Of a stretch of 64,000 nt of DNA, positions 1 to 7,734 are shown one piece after another (positions within the stretch are counted from its first letter, which is position 1; each line of letters opens with the position of its first letter). The stretch lies in the NCBI GenBank assembly GCA_963664815.2, contig CAXXHB010000003.1, forward strand, positions 2,560,001-2,624,000, given 5' to 3'. Source of the DNA: Spirochaetota bacterium (lineage in GTDB: Bacteria; Spirochaetota; UBA4802; UBA5550). The notes beneath the pieces are model-generated. The model did no database searches, was not told the DNA's origin, and was given only the letters and a program-made list of their open reading frames with translations. Made by a program: the position numbers and the translations under genes.

Positions 1-1
1 C

Positions 2-250
2 CTCCGTGGAGAAAAGACAGTACAGGAGTTGGCACAGAAGTATGAGATACACCCGAATCAGGTGACACTCTGGAAGAAGCAGTTAATTGAGAACGCAACT
101 ACCGCATTTGATAAACATGGTAATGACAAAGAATTAGATGATACTGAAAAGAAACAAGACGAACTTTACAGCCAGATAGGTCAGCTCAAAGTTGAGAATG
201 ATTTTTTAAAAAAAAAGTACAAGCAACTGTACGGGACAGAGCCGAAGTAG
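2..250 (+). CDS. IS3 transposase OrfA (5'-truncated by window edge)
   Basis: [31 protein letters not shown] and C-terminal [19 protein letters not shown], both typical of OrfA. Confidence 0.9.
   Translation, partial: LRGEKTVQELAQKYEIHPNQVTLWKKQLIENATTAFDKHGNDKELDDTEKKQDELYSQIGQLKVENDFLKKKYKQLYGTEPK
202..217 (+). promoter_or_regulatory. -1 programmed ribosomal frameshift site
   Basis: TTTTTTAAAAAAAAAG (A AAA AAG) at the end of orfA; orfB lies in the -1 frame. Confidence 0.8.
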
Positions 251-264
251 TAGAGCCCGGACAT

Positions 265-1083
265 ATGAAACTATCAATTAAAGAACAATGTGCAATTCTC
301 GGCATAAGCCGTTCATCGTATTACTATAAGCCAGAATTGGCATTGAATGAAACCAATGTTGCAATATTGAAAGCTATCATGGAAGAATTAAAGCTTCATC
401 CGTTTTACGGATATAGGAAGATTACTATAGCCCTTAAGGACATGAGTGTCACAAGAAAGCAGATTAGGTTAATCATGAAAAAGGCCGGACTGCGGGCTAT
501 TTATCCCGGCAAACGCTTGTCAATACCAGTAAAGATGCATGAGAAATATCCATATCTCCTTCAAGATAAGAATATATGGCTTCCGAATCAGGTATGGGCG
601 ACAGACATTACGTACATTAAGCTTTCAGGAGGTCATGTATATCTAATTGCTATTCTTGATTTATTCAGCCGGAAGGTGCTTTCATGGAAACTGTCAAATA
701 CGCTGGATGCAGAATTTTGCGTATCGGCTCTTGAAGAAGCAATAATGACATATGGAACACCGGCGATTTTCAATACAGATCAGGGGAGCCAGTTTACATC
801 TGAGGCATTTACAGAAAAACTTAAGAGCCATGGGATAAGGATCAGTATGGATGGCAAAGGACGAGCTCTGGATAACATTTATATTGAACGGCTCTGGAGG
901 TCTCTCAAGTATGAAGAAATATATCTGAATGAATATCGCACCATGGAGAATTTAAAAGCAGCATTGAAAAGATATTTTGATTTTTATAATACTGAAAGAT
1001 TTCACCAGTCACTGGAGTATGCCACACCGGATAAAATATATTATTCGTCATTTAAAGAACAATGTCAGGAAGAAGCAGCTTGA
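265..1083 (+). CDS. IS3 transposase OrfB (rve integrase core)
   Basis: PNQVWATDITYI, IFNTDQGSQFTS and DNIYIERLWRSLKYE DDE motifs. Confidence 0.95.
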   Translation: MKLSIKEQCAILGISRSSYYYKPELALNETNVAILKAIMEELKLHPFYGYRKITIALKDMSVTRKQIRLIMKKAGLRAIYPGKRLSIPVKMHEKYPYLLQDKNIWLPNQVWATDITYIKLSGGHVYLIAILDLFSRKVLSWKLSNTLDAEFCVSALEEAIMTYGTPAIFNTDQGSQFTSEAFTEKLKSHGIRISMDGKGRALDNIYIERLWRSLKYEEIYLNEYRTMENLKAALKRYFDFYNTERFHQSLEYATPDKIYYSSFKEQCQEEAA

Positions 1084-1317
1084 AGGCCTGGAGAGATACA
1101 CCAAAACATTTTAAAATCATGTATTGACAAAAGGGCTCACCTTATAGTATTAAATTTTACATTTTCCATTATCAACCTTCGCTCTATTTTAATTTTAGTA
1201 TATTAAAAAATTTCATATTACTTTTGTAACTCTGACTCAGGTGATACAACATCTATTATCTTTAAAAATTCTAATCTTTTCCCGGCATGGAAGCCGGGTG
1301 TAAATTTTATGCGTCTA

Positions 1318-1702
1318 ATCTGTCAGGTCAGGGAGCCCGTACCCCCTTTTCCCATAAGAACCGTACGTGAAAGTTTTACCACAGGCACTTCCTCCGGTCG
1401 CCCTTCTTACGGCTCAAGCCGTCTAAAGATGATTATACAACCAGCCGCTGTTAGCTGTTTTTATTCCCGTTTTTCTATATCAGAAATAATCAGAATCTTC
1501 TTTAAAAATGGGTTTCTGTCAAGACTTATCATTCTGTGCCGTACAATTTTAATGTGTCCCGCAGTAAAGAGAATCTCCTCATCAGAGCTGAAATTTTAAG
1601 TCCCTGTTTCCTATGTGTTTTAAAGTACCTGTTTTTAAGCTATAAAGAATTTTTCATCGGGTGTCTGAATCTGCCCCATCTCCATAGAGCCTGAAAAGAA
1701 CA
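1318..1702 (-). pseudogene. Group II intron 3' fragment, copy 1 (decayed maturase C-terminus + domains V/VI)
   Basis: Minus strand translates as FQALWRWGRFRHPMKNSL*LKNRYF...HIKIVRHRMISLDRNPFLKEDSDYF*. DV GAGCCGTA...CACGTACGGTTC at 1358-1415 carries a loop insertion. DVI ends ...CCTGACAGAT. Confidence 0.85.
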
Positions 1703-1713
1703 TAGGGGATGGT

Positions 1714-1820
1714 GTTTAACTGAAATTTTAACTGTAAGTATGCAGCCGGTTCAGCTCTGCTGATTGGCGCGGCTCTTGCTCTTTACCGCAAGGGGCGTGA
1801 CAAAGGCGGAGCATTGAATT
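1714..1820 (-). repeat. Degenerate attC remnant
   Basis: Minus strand CCGCCTTTGTCACGCCCCTTGC...GCAAGAGCCGCGCCAA...GTTAAAC lies downstream of a cassette-like gene. The core is repeated at 2535-2580. No R'' box found. Confidence 0.55.
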
Positions 1821-1875
1821 ATTTTTTATTATCAAAACACTCTGATTTAAATGAGAAAATTATAAGAAGATTTAT

Positions 1876-2142
1876 CTAACTATCCATATCTTCCTCCTGA
1901 GTTCCGAAAAGAAGAACTATTCTTTCATCACATGATGTCAGTATCGGTTTAAATCCATCTGCCAGCGAAATGGCTTTCATGCGTGCATCTCTTATAATAT
2001 AATCAAAAGCCATAATTTCATCATTATGGATTGTATTTAAATCCCTTAATCCATTTAATGCAAATGATAGTACACAAAATGCCGACATTATATCATTCAG
2101 TTTTTTTTCAACATCATCGGTTTTAAATGCATGTATCTCCAT
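1876..2142 (-). CDS. Hypothetical protein
   Basis: 88-aa ORF divergent from an XRE regulator; no motif recognised. Confidence 0.5.
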   Translation of the reverse strand: MEIHAFKTDDVEKKLNDIMSAFCVLSFALNGLRDLNTIHNDEIMAFDYIIRDARMKAISLADGFKPILTSCDERIVLLFGTQEEDMDS

Positions 2143-2165
2143 TATTATAACCCCGTTATAAATAT

Positions 2166-2182
2166 TATCCTAATTTGGGATA
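2166..2182. promoter_or_regulatory. Palindromic operator candidate
   Basis: TATCCTAATTTGGGATA near-perfect palindrome between the divergent genes, just upstream of the XRE gene. Confidence 0.5.
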
Positions 2183-2209
2183 TTCTAAAACAGGATTTAT
2201 TATATACAA

Positions 2210-2431
2210 GTGAAAAATTCAATTTATACAAAAGAATATCAGGCTTTTTTACAGGTACTCAAGCAGGCCCGTATTGAAGCGGGGCTGACCCAGTCGGATG
2301 TTGCAAAGAAATTAAAACAGCACCAGTCATACGTTTCCAAATGCGAATCAGGAGAACGGCGTGTTGATGTTGTTGAACTTAAAAAATTTGCCTCTTTATA
2401 CGGGAAAAAGATCAGTGATTTTGTTGAATAA
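2210..2431 (+). CDS. XRE-family helix-turn-helix regulator
   Basis: LKQARIEAGLTQSDVAKKLKQHQSYVSKCESGERRVDVVEL, HTH_3 pattern. Confidence 0.9.
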   Translation: MKNSIYTKEYQAFLQVLKQARIEAGLTQSDVAKKLKQHQSYVSKCESGERRVDVVELKKFASLYGKKISDFVE

Positions 2432-2534
2432 ATGTCCTGAACAAAGCCTGAATATTGTGTAAGTTAAATAAAATTAAAGAAACCATAAAATAGAACTCTA
2501 CAAGTAAAGCTCTTTAAGCTTTGTTTATTGCATA

Positions 2535-2580
2535 GACCTTGCTCGTTTCCGCAAGGGGTGTGACAAAGGTGGAACTGTGA
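2535..2580 (-). repeat. Degenerate attC remnant
   Basis: CTTGCTCGTTTCCGCAAGGGGTGTGACAAAGGTGGA, a direct repeat of 1775-1810, lies just after the stop of the 2595 gene. Confidence 0.5.
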
Positions 2581-2594
2581 AAAAAATTGAAGAA

Positions 2595-3353
2595 TTACTT
2601 CAACAAAAATTCAAGAATCTTCTTACCACCTTCAGTATTTCTTGAAAGATGAGCACCCCGAGTTTCTGAACCGGAATAAACAACAATATTTTTATGTTTC
2701 GGTAGATTCCACATTGAAGCTTTTCGTGTTAATATAATACATGCTTCACCATTACGAACCTTTGGTACAAGATAGTCATTAACCCATTCAAGCATTATTT
2801 GAGATGTATAAAGTTGATTTAATTTTTTGTCAGATAATTTAAAAGATTTTGAATGATAAGGAACCAATTCTAATGCGGCAATATTCTTGGAAACAAAACT
2901 CAATGATTCAGCATAAGAAGGAAGATTTTTCTTTATTTTTACTTCGTCAATAATATCGTTCAATTTGCTTACCCAATATTTACCATGCCAGATAAACTTT
3001 GGATTTAATTTGAAAAAAGGATATGGATCATTTTCTAACTCTTGTTTTATGTTTTTAATCATATATTCTTTGAACAATTTATCATTTGATTCAGCATAGT
3101 AATCTAATATATTAAATCCCGGATTTAAAAGCAGTATAAATACTTTGGCATTTTTTAAATCACCGATATAGGGGACTGGTAACAGACCGAAATGAAATTT
3201 ATGATCTTTTGAACCAAAATCAGAACTATTTATAAATTCATCATAATTTGTATAATTAAAGAAATCTTCACTTCTTAATACATCGTCTTTTTGATGAAGA
3301 TAAGGTTTTCTGTTAAGATTAAAATTCTTCCAGCAACTCAGTAAATCTTCCAT
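2595..3353 (-). CDS. Uracil-DNA-glycosylase-superfamily protein (Brig1-like candidate)
   Basis: LLPVPYIGDLKNAKVFILLLNPG and LELVPYHS motifs. Likely true start is MEDLL at 3353, because the track's 3410 start lies inside the IS inverted repeat. Confidence 0.6.
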   Translation of the reverse strand: MEDLLSCWKNFNLNRKPYLHQKDDVLRSEDFFNYTNYDEFINSSDFGSKDHKFHFGLLPVPYIGDLKNAKVFILLLNPGFNILDYYAESNDKLFKEYMIKNIKQELENDPYPFFKLNPKFIWHGKYWVSKLNDIIDEVKIKKNLPSYAESLSFVSKNIAALELVPYHSKSFKLSDKKLNQLYTSQIMLEWVNDYLVPKVRNGEACIILTRKASMWNLPKHKNIVVYSGSETRGAHLSRNTEGGKKILEFLLK

Positions 3354-3384
3354 ACATTGCTCACTAAAATGAATTAAACTAATA

Positions 3385-4698
3385 ACTCGAGTTAGGCGTT
3401 TTTTGGACATAGCTACGCCATGAGTTTTAGTTTTTTATAAATGTCCCTCTTGGAGACACCCTTTTTATGCATTATAATCACTTGATCAACGTACTCCCGC
3501 TTCTTCATTATTTTGAAATACTGTCGAGATTTCCCAAGACTCTGTTCATTGTTAGCAACTCTCAATGATTCAAGTAAAGCATACGCAGCAAATACAAGAG
3601 CACAGTATTTTTCTATTGCCTTCAGTTTCCTCATCTGGTATTGACTCATACCAAGACGATCTTTACAATAAAGATATCCAACTTCAATATCCCAGCGAAA
3701 GCTGTAATATTTCAAGATGCCTTCATTATTCAAGTTCATATCCGTACTAAGGATGAACATTATAGATCCGTCCTTGACTCTCTTTGATATCAGTATAATT
3801 GCATTACCGATACCTTTCAGCCAGACTTCTATCCGTCTGACTTTGAAGGCTTCATCCTTTAATTTTACTTTCTCAAAGGATGAGTTTCTTAAGTTTTTCA
3901 CATAAGCTGACAGCTTATGTTTTTTACCATGCTCTTTAAACTGGAATACTCTATTGCTCTTAAGCGCTCCTATAAGTTCAAATTCCCGGTCTTTTACAGC
4001 TTTTACGACTTTCTCCGATGTGTACCAGCTATCTACTAAACAGTATATCTTATCTCCCGTAAAAGGTTCAAACTTATCTATCAATTCACATGCTATATCC
4101 GGTTTTGTTTTAAATACTTCTCCGGATTCAGTTGCCACTTTCTCATTTAGATAAAACCGGAAATCATATGGGAAAGATATATCCCCTGATCTATAATGAC
4201 TTGTCACCAAGCTGTGACCATATACCGTTCTGCCTTTTGAATGAGAATAATGCCACCCGAGACTTTCTATCTTCTTCGGTTTTCCCGGCTTCTCTATCAC
4301 AGTATCATCTATTATTAAAAAGCCTGTCCCGTTTTTCTTAGCGATACATTTTAAAAAATTCCTGTTAACTCTTAAAAGATCTTTACAGGTCCAAGCTGTA
4401 TCTCTTATAAACTTTATATCATTACTAACATCTCTTGTGTCAACCTGAATGGAGTTGATACTTGAGATTGTATGACGACCATCATATTCTATTATCCCTT
4501 TCAGCATCTTAGTAAAATGCCTCATTTGCGGTTTTGAAAAAATTTCTTTCGCCGCTGTAAAATACTTGTCTTCTGTAATCTGTTGTTTATTTTTTTATTC
4601 ATTAGAGTTTTTAAAATACTATTCATAATGGGGTAAAAAATTAATACTATTTTTTGCCCCATTATCTTTTTTCTTTTAAAAAAACGCCTAACTCAAGT
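3385..4698 (-). mobile_element. IS701-like insertion sequence
   Basis: 20-bp terminal IRs (ACTCGAGTTAGGCGTTTTTT / AAAAAACGCCTAACTCAAGT, 1 mismatch) flanked by an AATA duplication at 3381-3384 and 4699-4702. Confidence 0.85.
3413..4525 (-). CDS. IS701-like DDE transposase
   Basis: LIIDDTVIEKP, LVDSWY and YSFRWDIEVGYLYCKDRLG motifs. Confidence 0.9.
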   Translation of the reverse strand: MRHFTKMLKGIIEYDGRHTISSINSIQVDTRDVSNDIKFIRDTAWTCKDLLRVNRNFLKCIAKKNGTGFLIIDDTVIEKPGKPKKIESLGWHYSHSKGRTVYGHSLVTSHYRSGDISFPYDFRFYLNEKVATESGEVFKTKPDIACELIDKFEPFTGDKIYCLVDSWYTSEKVVKAVKDREFELIGALKSNRVFQFKEHGKKHKLSAYVKNLRNSSFEKVKLKDEAFKVRRIEVWLKGIGNAIILISKRVKDGSIMFILSTDMNLNNEGILKYYSFRWDIEVGYLYCKDRLGMSQYQMRKLKAIEKYCALVFAAYALLESLRVANNEQSLGKSRQYFKIMKKREYVDQVIIMHKKGVSKRDIYKKLKLMA

Positions 4699-4869
4699 AA
4701 TAATCTAAAAATTGTTTAAAGTATATCAATTAAAATAACTATAACACCTTTCAGATTTTTGAATAAATTGCAGATCAAAGTCAATAATTTATTCAAAAGC
4801 AATATTTTATATTTAACGTGCCTGCTGAGATATAAGCTGGCATGTTTTATTAAATATATCTGCAGCAGA

Positions 4870-5149
4870 AAAAATTATTTTACAGAATTATTATTTTCCC
4901 CGGTAAAATCACCGGATTTTTACTGTATGTTGTTTCAAAGAACGGAAGAAAACGGTATTCAAATTCCTGTTATGACTATTCTGAGTATAATCGAAGCATA
5001 TTCTGCCCGATTCCAGTGGTTTCGTACAACAAAAGTCTTAACATAGCCGCTGTCTGAAGATTAAAATTATCTGCTTAATATTTTTATACCGCTAATAAAG
5101 ACCAGCGGTTTTTTTGGGGCAGCTACGTTAAGACATCTATAAGTTATGT
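4870..5149 (+). repeat. attI-like region B1 (copy of 6390-6647)
   Basis: Ends GTTAAGACATCTATAA-GTTATGT (GTTRRRY core 5143-5149) with an internal inverted repeat GTCTTAACATAGC at ~5035. Similarity to copy B2 stops at the core. Confidence 0.55.
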
Positions 5150-5197
5150 GCAGTTCAACACGCTAACTAAAAAATATTTATTCAAACATTGAATGAA

Positions 5198-5866
5198 TTA
5201 ATTTTGAAATAATAATCTATTCTGAATTAATCTACCAAGTTCTGAACTCAACTTTTCAAAGTTTCTATCAAAATCTGATTTTGCAACATTATTTATAACT
5301 TCGTTATTACTAGTAATAATGAACCGATAAACAGTAAGAGTACTTTTTAAGAATTCTGAGATTTCATTGATTTTTAGATCTAAATTTTCAGGCAAGAAAA
5401 TTCTGTTATTATCATATGTATTAATAAAATCAAAACACGATTGTTGTAACACAAACATTCCGTTTGTTCTTGTAATATTTATATATTCTTGCATTTTATT
5501 TTCTGATTGAATAATCATATTTTTTTCAAACAAGCTAAAAGGAGTTTTTGCTAAAATATCACTAAGTTCTTCATCAGTAAGTGTGTCCATGTCTAATGCA
5601 AGGAAATAATTATTAGTATAGAATTGAAGATTTCTTTTATGAATTTGTAGCTTACTCCAGATAATGGGTAGAACTTCGAATTCGCGTTGATTTATTTTAG
5701 AAATACGATCAAATTCAAGGTTTATTTTTTGTTTATATTTCTCAATACTTTTGTTGAATTGCGATTCAATAAATTTATTTCCAAAATATTTAGATAATCC
5801 TATGAATAAAAGTATGGCCGAACCAACCGAAGTAGATGTTGTAATAAAAAATGTCTTTATATCCAT
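5198..5866 (-). CDS. Hypothetical cassette protein with N-terminal membrane helix
   Basis: 222-aa very AT-rich ORF with GGAG RBS, bounded by the inverted repeat TTCAACACGCT / AGCGTGTTGAA. Confidence 0.75.
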   Translation of the reverse strand: MDIKTFFITTSTSVGSAILLFIGLSKYFGNKFIESQFNKSIEKYKQKINLEFDRISKINQREFEVLPIIWSKLQIHKRNLQFYTNNYFLALDMDTLTDEELSDILAKTPFSLFEKNMIIQSENKMQEYINITRTNGMFVLQQSCFDFINTYDNNRIFLPENLDLKINEISEFLKSTLTVYRFIITSNNEVINNVAKSDFDRNFEKLSSELGRLIQNRLLFQN

Positions 5867-5931
5867 AGTTTCTCCTATTAAAAAGATTACTGTTTATATA
5901 AAACGTCGAACGAAAAGTCCAGCGTGTTGAA

Positions 5932-6292
5932 GTCTGGTAGGTCAGGAAGTTCACGCCCCCTTTCCCGTAAGAACCGTACGTGAATGTTCCCCTTCGTACG
6001 GCTCAAGCTGTCTTAAGCTTTCTATACAACCAGCTGCTGTTAGCTGTTTTTATTCCCGTTTTTCGATATCAGAAATAATCAGAATATTCTTTTAAAATGT
6101 GTTCCTGTCAAGACTTATCATTTTGTGCTTTACAATTTTAATGTGTCGCACAGTATTAAGAATCTCCTCATCAGAGCAGAAAGTTTAAGTCCCTGTTACC
6201 TATGTGTTTTAAAGTACCTGTTTTTAAGCTATAAAGAATTTTTCATCGGGTGTCTGAATCTGCCCCATCTCCATAGAGCCTGAAAAAGAACA
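5932..6292 (-). pseudogene. Group II intron 3' fragment, copy 2
   Basis: Intact 34-nt DV GAGCCGTACGAAGGGGAACATTCACGTACGGTTC (5971-6004, AGC triad), DVI ending CTACCAGAC, and decayed maturase VLFQALWRWGRFRHP... Confidence 0.9.
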
Positions 6293-6389
6293 GTATTGGA
6301 ATTTTTAAAAGGATTCCTTTTAAAACCATTCCCCGGAGCTTTTGAGACGTTGAATAAAATCGCCATTCACGGTCTATCCGTTGACTGGA

Positions 6390-6647
6390 GAAATAATTAT
6401 TTTATGTGATTTTTATTTTTTCCGGTAAAATCACCGGATTTTTACTGTATGTTATTTCAAAGACCGGTAGAAAACGGTATTCAAAATCCTATTCTATTTA
6501 TACTGTTCGATCCCCGTGGTTTCGTCCAACAGAGTCTTAACATAGTTGTTGTCTGAAGATTGAAATTATCTGTTTAATGTTTTTATACCGCTAATAAAGA
6601 TTAGCGGTTTTTTGAGGCAACTACGTTAAGACTTCTATAAGTTATAT
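6390..6647 (+). repeat. attI-like region B2 (copy of 4870-5149)
   Basis: Ends GTTAAGACTTCTATAA-GTTATAT (core 6641-6647) with internal IR AGTCTTAACATAGTTG / CAACTACGTTAAGACT. Confidence 0.55.
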
Positions 6648-6713
6648 GACGTTGCACCACCTTTTTATTCTCAAGCGAAACACGATGTTGAGCTTGAATC
6701 ATTTTTTTAAGTC

Positions 6714-7562
6714 CTACCGATATGTCGAATTTGAAAAAGTTATTTTCGTATTATTTAATCCATTTTTTCTTAGATACATTTCAAAATCATATTGCTCAAG
6801 CTTATATTTTGGTCCAAGAACAATCTCTGGTATAAGATTGCTATTAATAGGTTCATCAAATTTTAACTTAAAATAGGAAATAATATCATTATTACATGTC
6901 CTAAAAAAAATGTCAGAAATATTTACATGTAAAAAAATATTTAATAGTAATTCAAGAGTGGGGGTATGAATTATTCGCCATTCTTGTTCATCATAAAATG
7001 TATGATTTTTAAAAATGACAGAATACCGTCTTAATAATATAGCGCATTCTAAACTCGCTAAGTTTTCATCAATAGTTTGTTCATCTAACTGTAATAAATA
7101 ATGTTGCAGGATTCCTGATATAATATTTTTTTGTTCATCAATCTCATATAGTACTGGTTGAAGACCAATGTTATCTTTTTTTGTAATACTAGTCGTTGTT
7201 ATAGGTGACTTTACATCAACATTTAATGCTTCTGTTGAAAATCCTATAGCTACACCCAAACCATCATCAGCATAACTTTTCCATTGACTCAAAACATCAC
7301 CGTTTCCGGAAAAACATGCAATATATGGAATGGAATTATTTATATTGTATGTTTGAACCATTAATGAAATAAAATTTTTATATTTGTCATCAGAAATTTC
7401 TTTAATTTTATCATCTATTAAATGATTAATCCAAATAGTTTCATGATGGTCATTCATCTTTTTACTGTTTGATAACCAGATTTCTTTTGATTGAATGATC
7501 ATAAATAACTTTTCAATGCTACAATAATGATAAATTATTTTTGGTATTTCCATTTTAACCAT
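6714..7562 (-). CDS. DUF2971-domain cassette protein
   Basis: IYHYCS, LSNSKKMND, ACFSGNGDVLSQWKSYADDGLGVAIGF and KNHTFYDEQEWR motifs. Confidence 0.85.
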   Translation of the reverse strand: MVKMEIPKIIYHYCSIEKLFMIIQSKEIWLSNSKKMNDHHETIWINHLIDDKIKEISDDKYKNFISLMVQTYNINNSIPYIACFSGNGDVLSQWKSYADDGLGVAIGFSTEALNVDVKSPITTTSITKKDNIGLQPVLYEIDEQKNIISGILQHYLLQLDEQTIDENLASLECAILLRRYSVIFKNHTFYDEQEWRIIHTPTLELLLNIFLHVNISDIFFRTCNNDIISYFKLKFDEPINSNLIPEIVLGPKYKLEQYDFEMYLRKNGLNNTKITFSNSTYR

Positions 7563-7622
7563 CTGTTTTTTATAATCTATGAGCCCACGGATGGGCGATT
7601 AAAAAGTTTTCACGCTTTTTGC

Positions 7623-7721
7623 ATATAACGCCTTGCTTACACGACGTTGCGGCTGTCTTTTGCCGCAATGTGCCGAAGGCCAAGCCGGTACTCCGGCGCA
7701 GCGTTGTAAGCGTTGTTAGGT
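7623..7721 (-). other. Integron attC recombination site (99 bp)
   Basis: Minus strand R'' ACCTAAC, L'' TTACAACG, palindromic core, L' CGTGTAA, R' GTTATAT. Lies between a gene stop (7735) and the next gene start (7562). R'' matches the core at 9573-9579. Confidence 0.9.
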
Positions 7722-7734
7722 GTAGTGCTCGAAA

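Larger units (their letters stand above)
1..1145 (+). mobile_element. IS3-family insertion sequence (left end outside window)
   Basis: orfA (HTH) and orfB (DDE) overlap in -1 phase. Right end resembles IS3 termini (TGTATTGACAAAAGGGCTCACCTTA, ~1120-1144). Confidence 0.9.

Noticed and set aside
3354-3410. N-terminal extension MSKKRLTRV of the 271-aa ORF
   Set aside because: It is encoded by the IS inverted repeat and the leader, so it is an artefact of the insertion.
5932-6010. Class C-attC intron
   Set aside because: DV is the 34-nt AGC-triad type, the IEP motif is not class C, and the orientation is sense to the cassettes.
6147-6151. GTGCG on the minus strand as the 5' end of a mini group II intron
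   Set aside because: It lies inside decayed maturase coding sequence (TVRH), is absent from copy 1, and leaves no room for domains I-III.
1318-6292. Diversity-generating retroelement TR/VR pair
   Set aside because: Differences between the copies are not restricted to adenines, there is no intact RT, and neither copy lies in a target gene.
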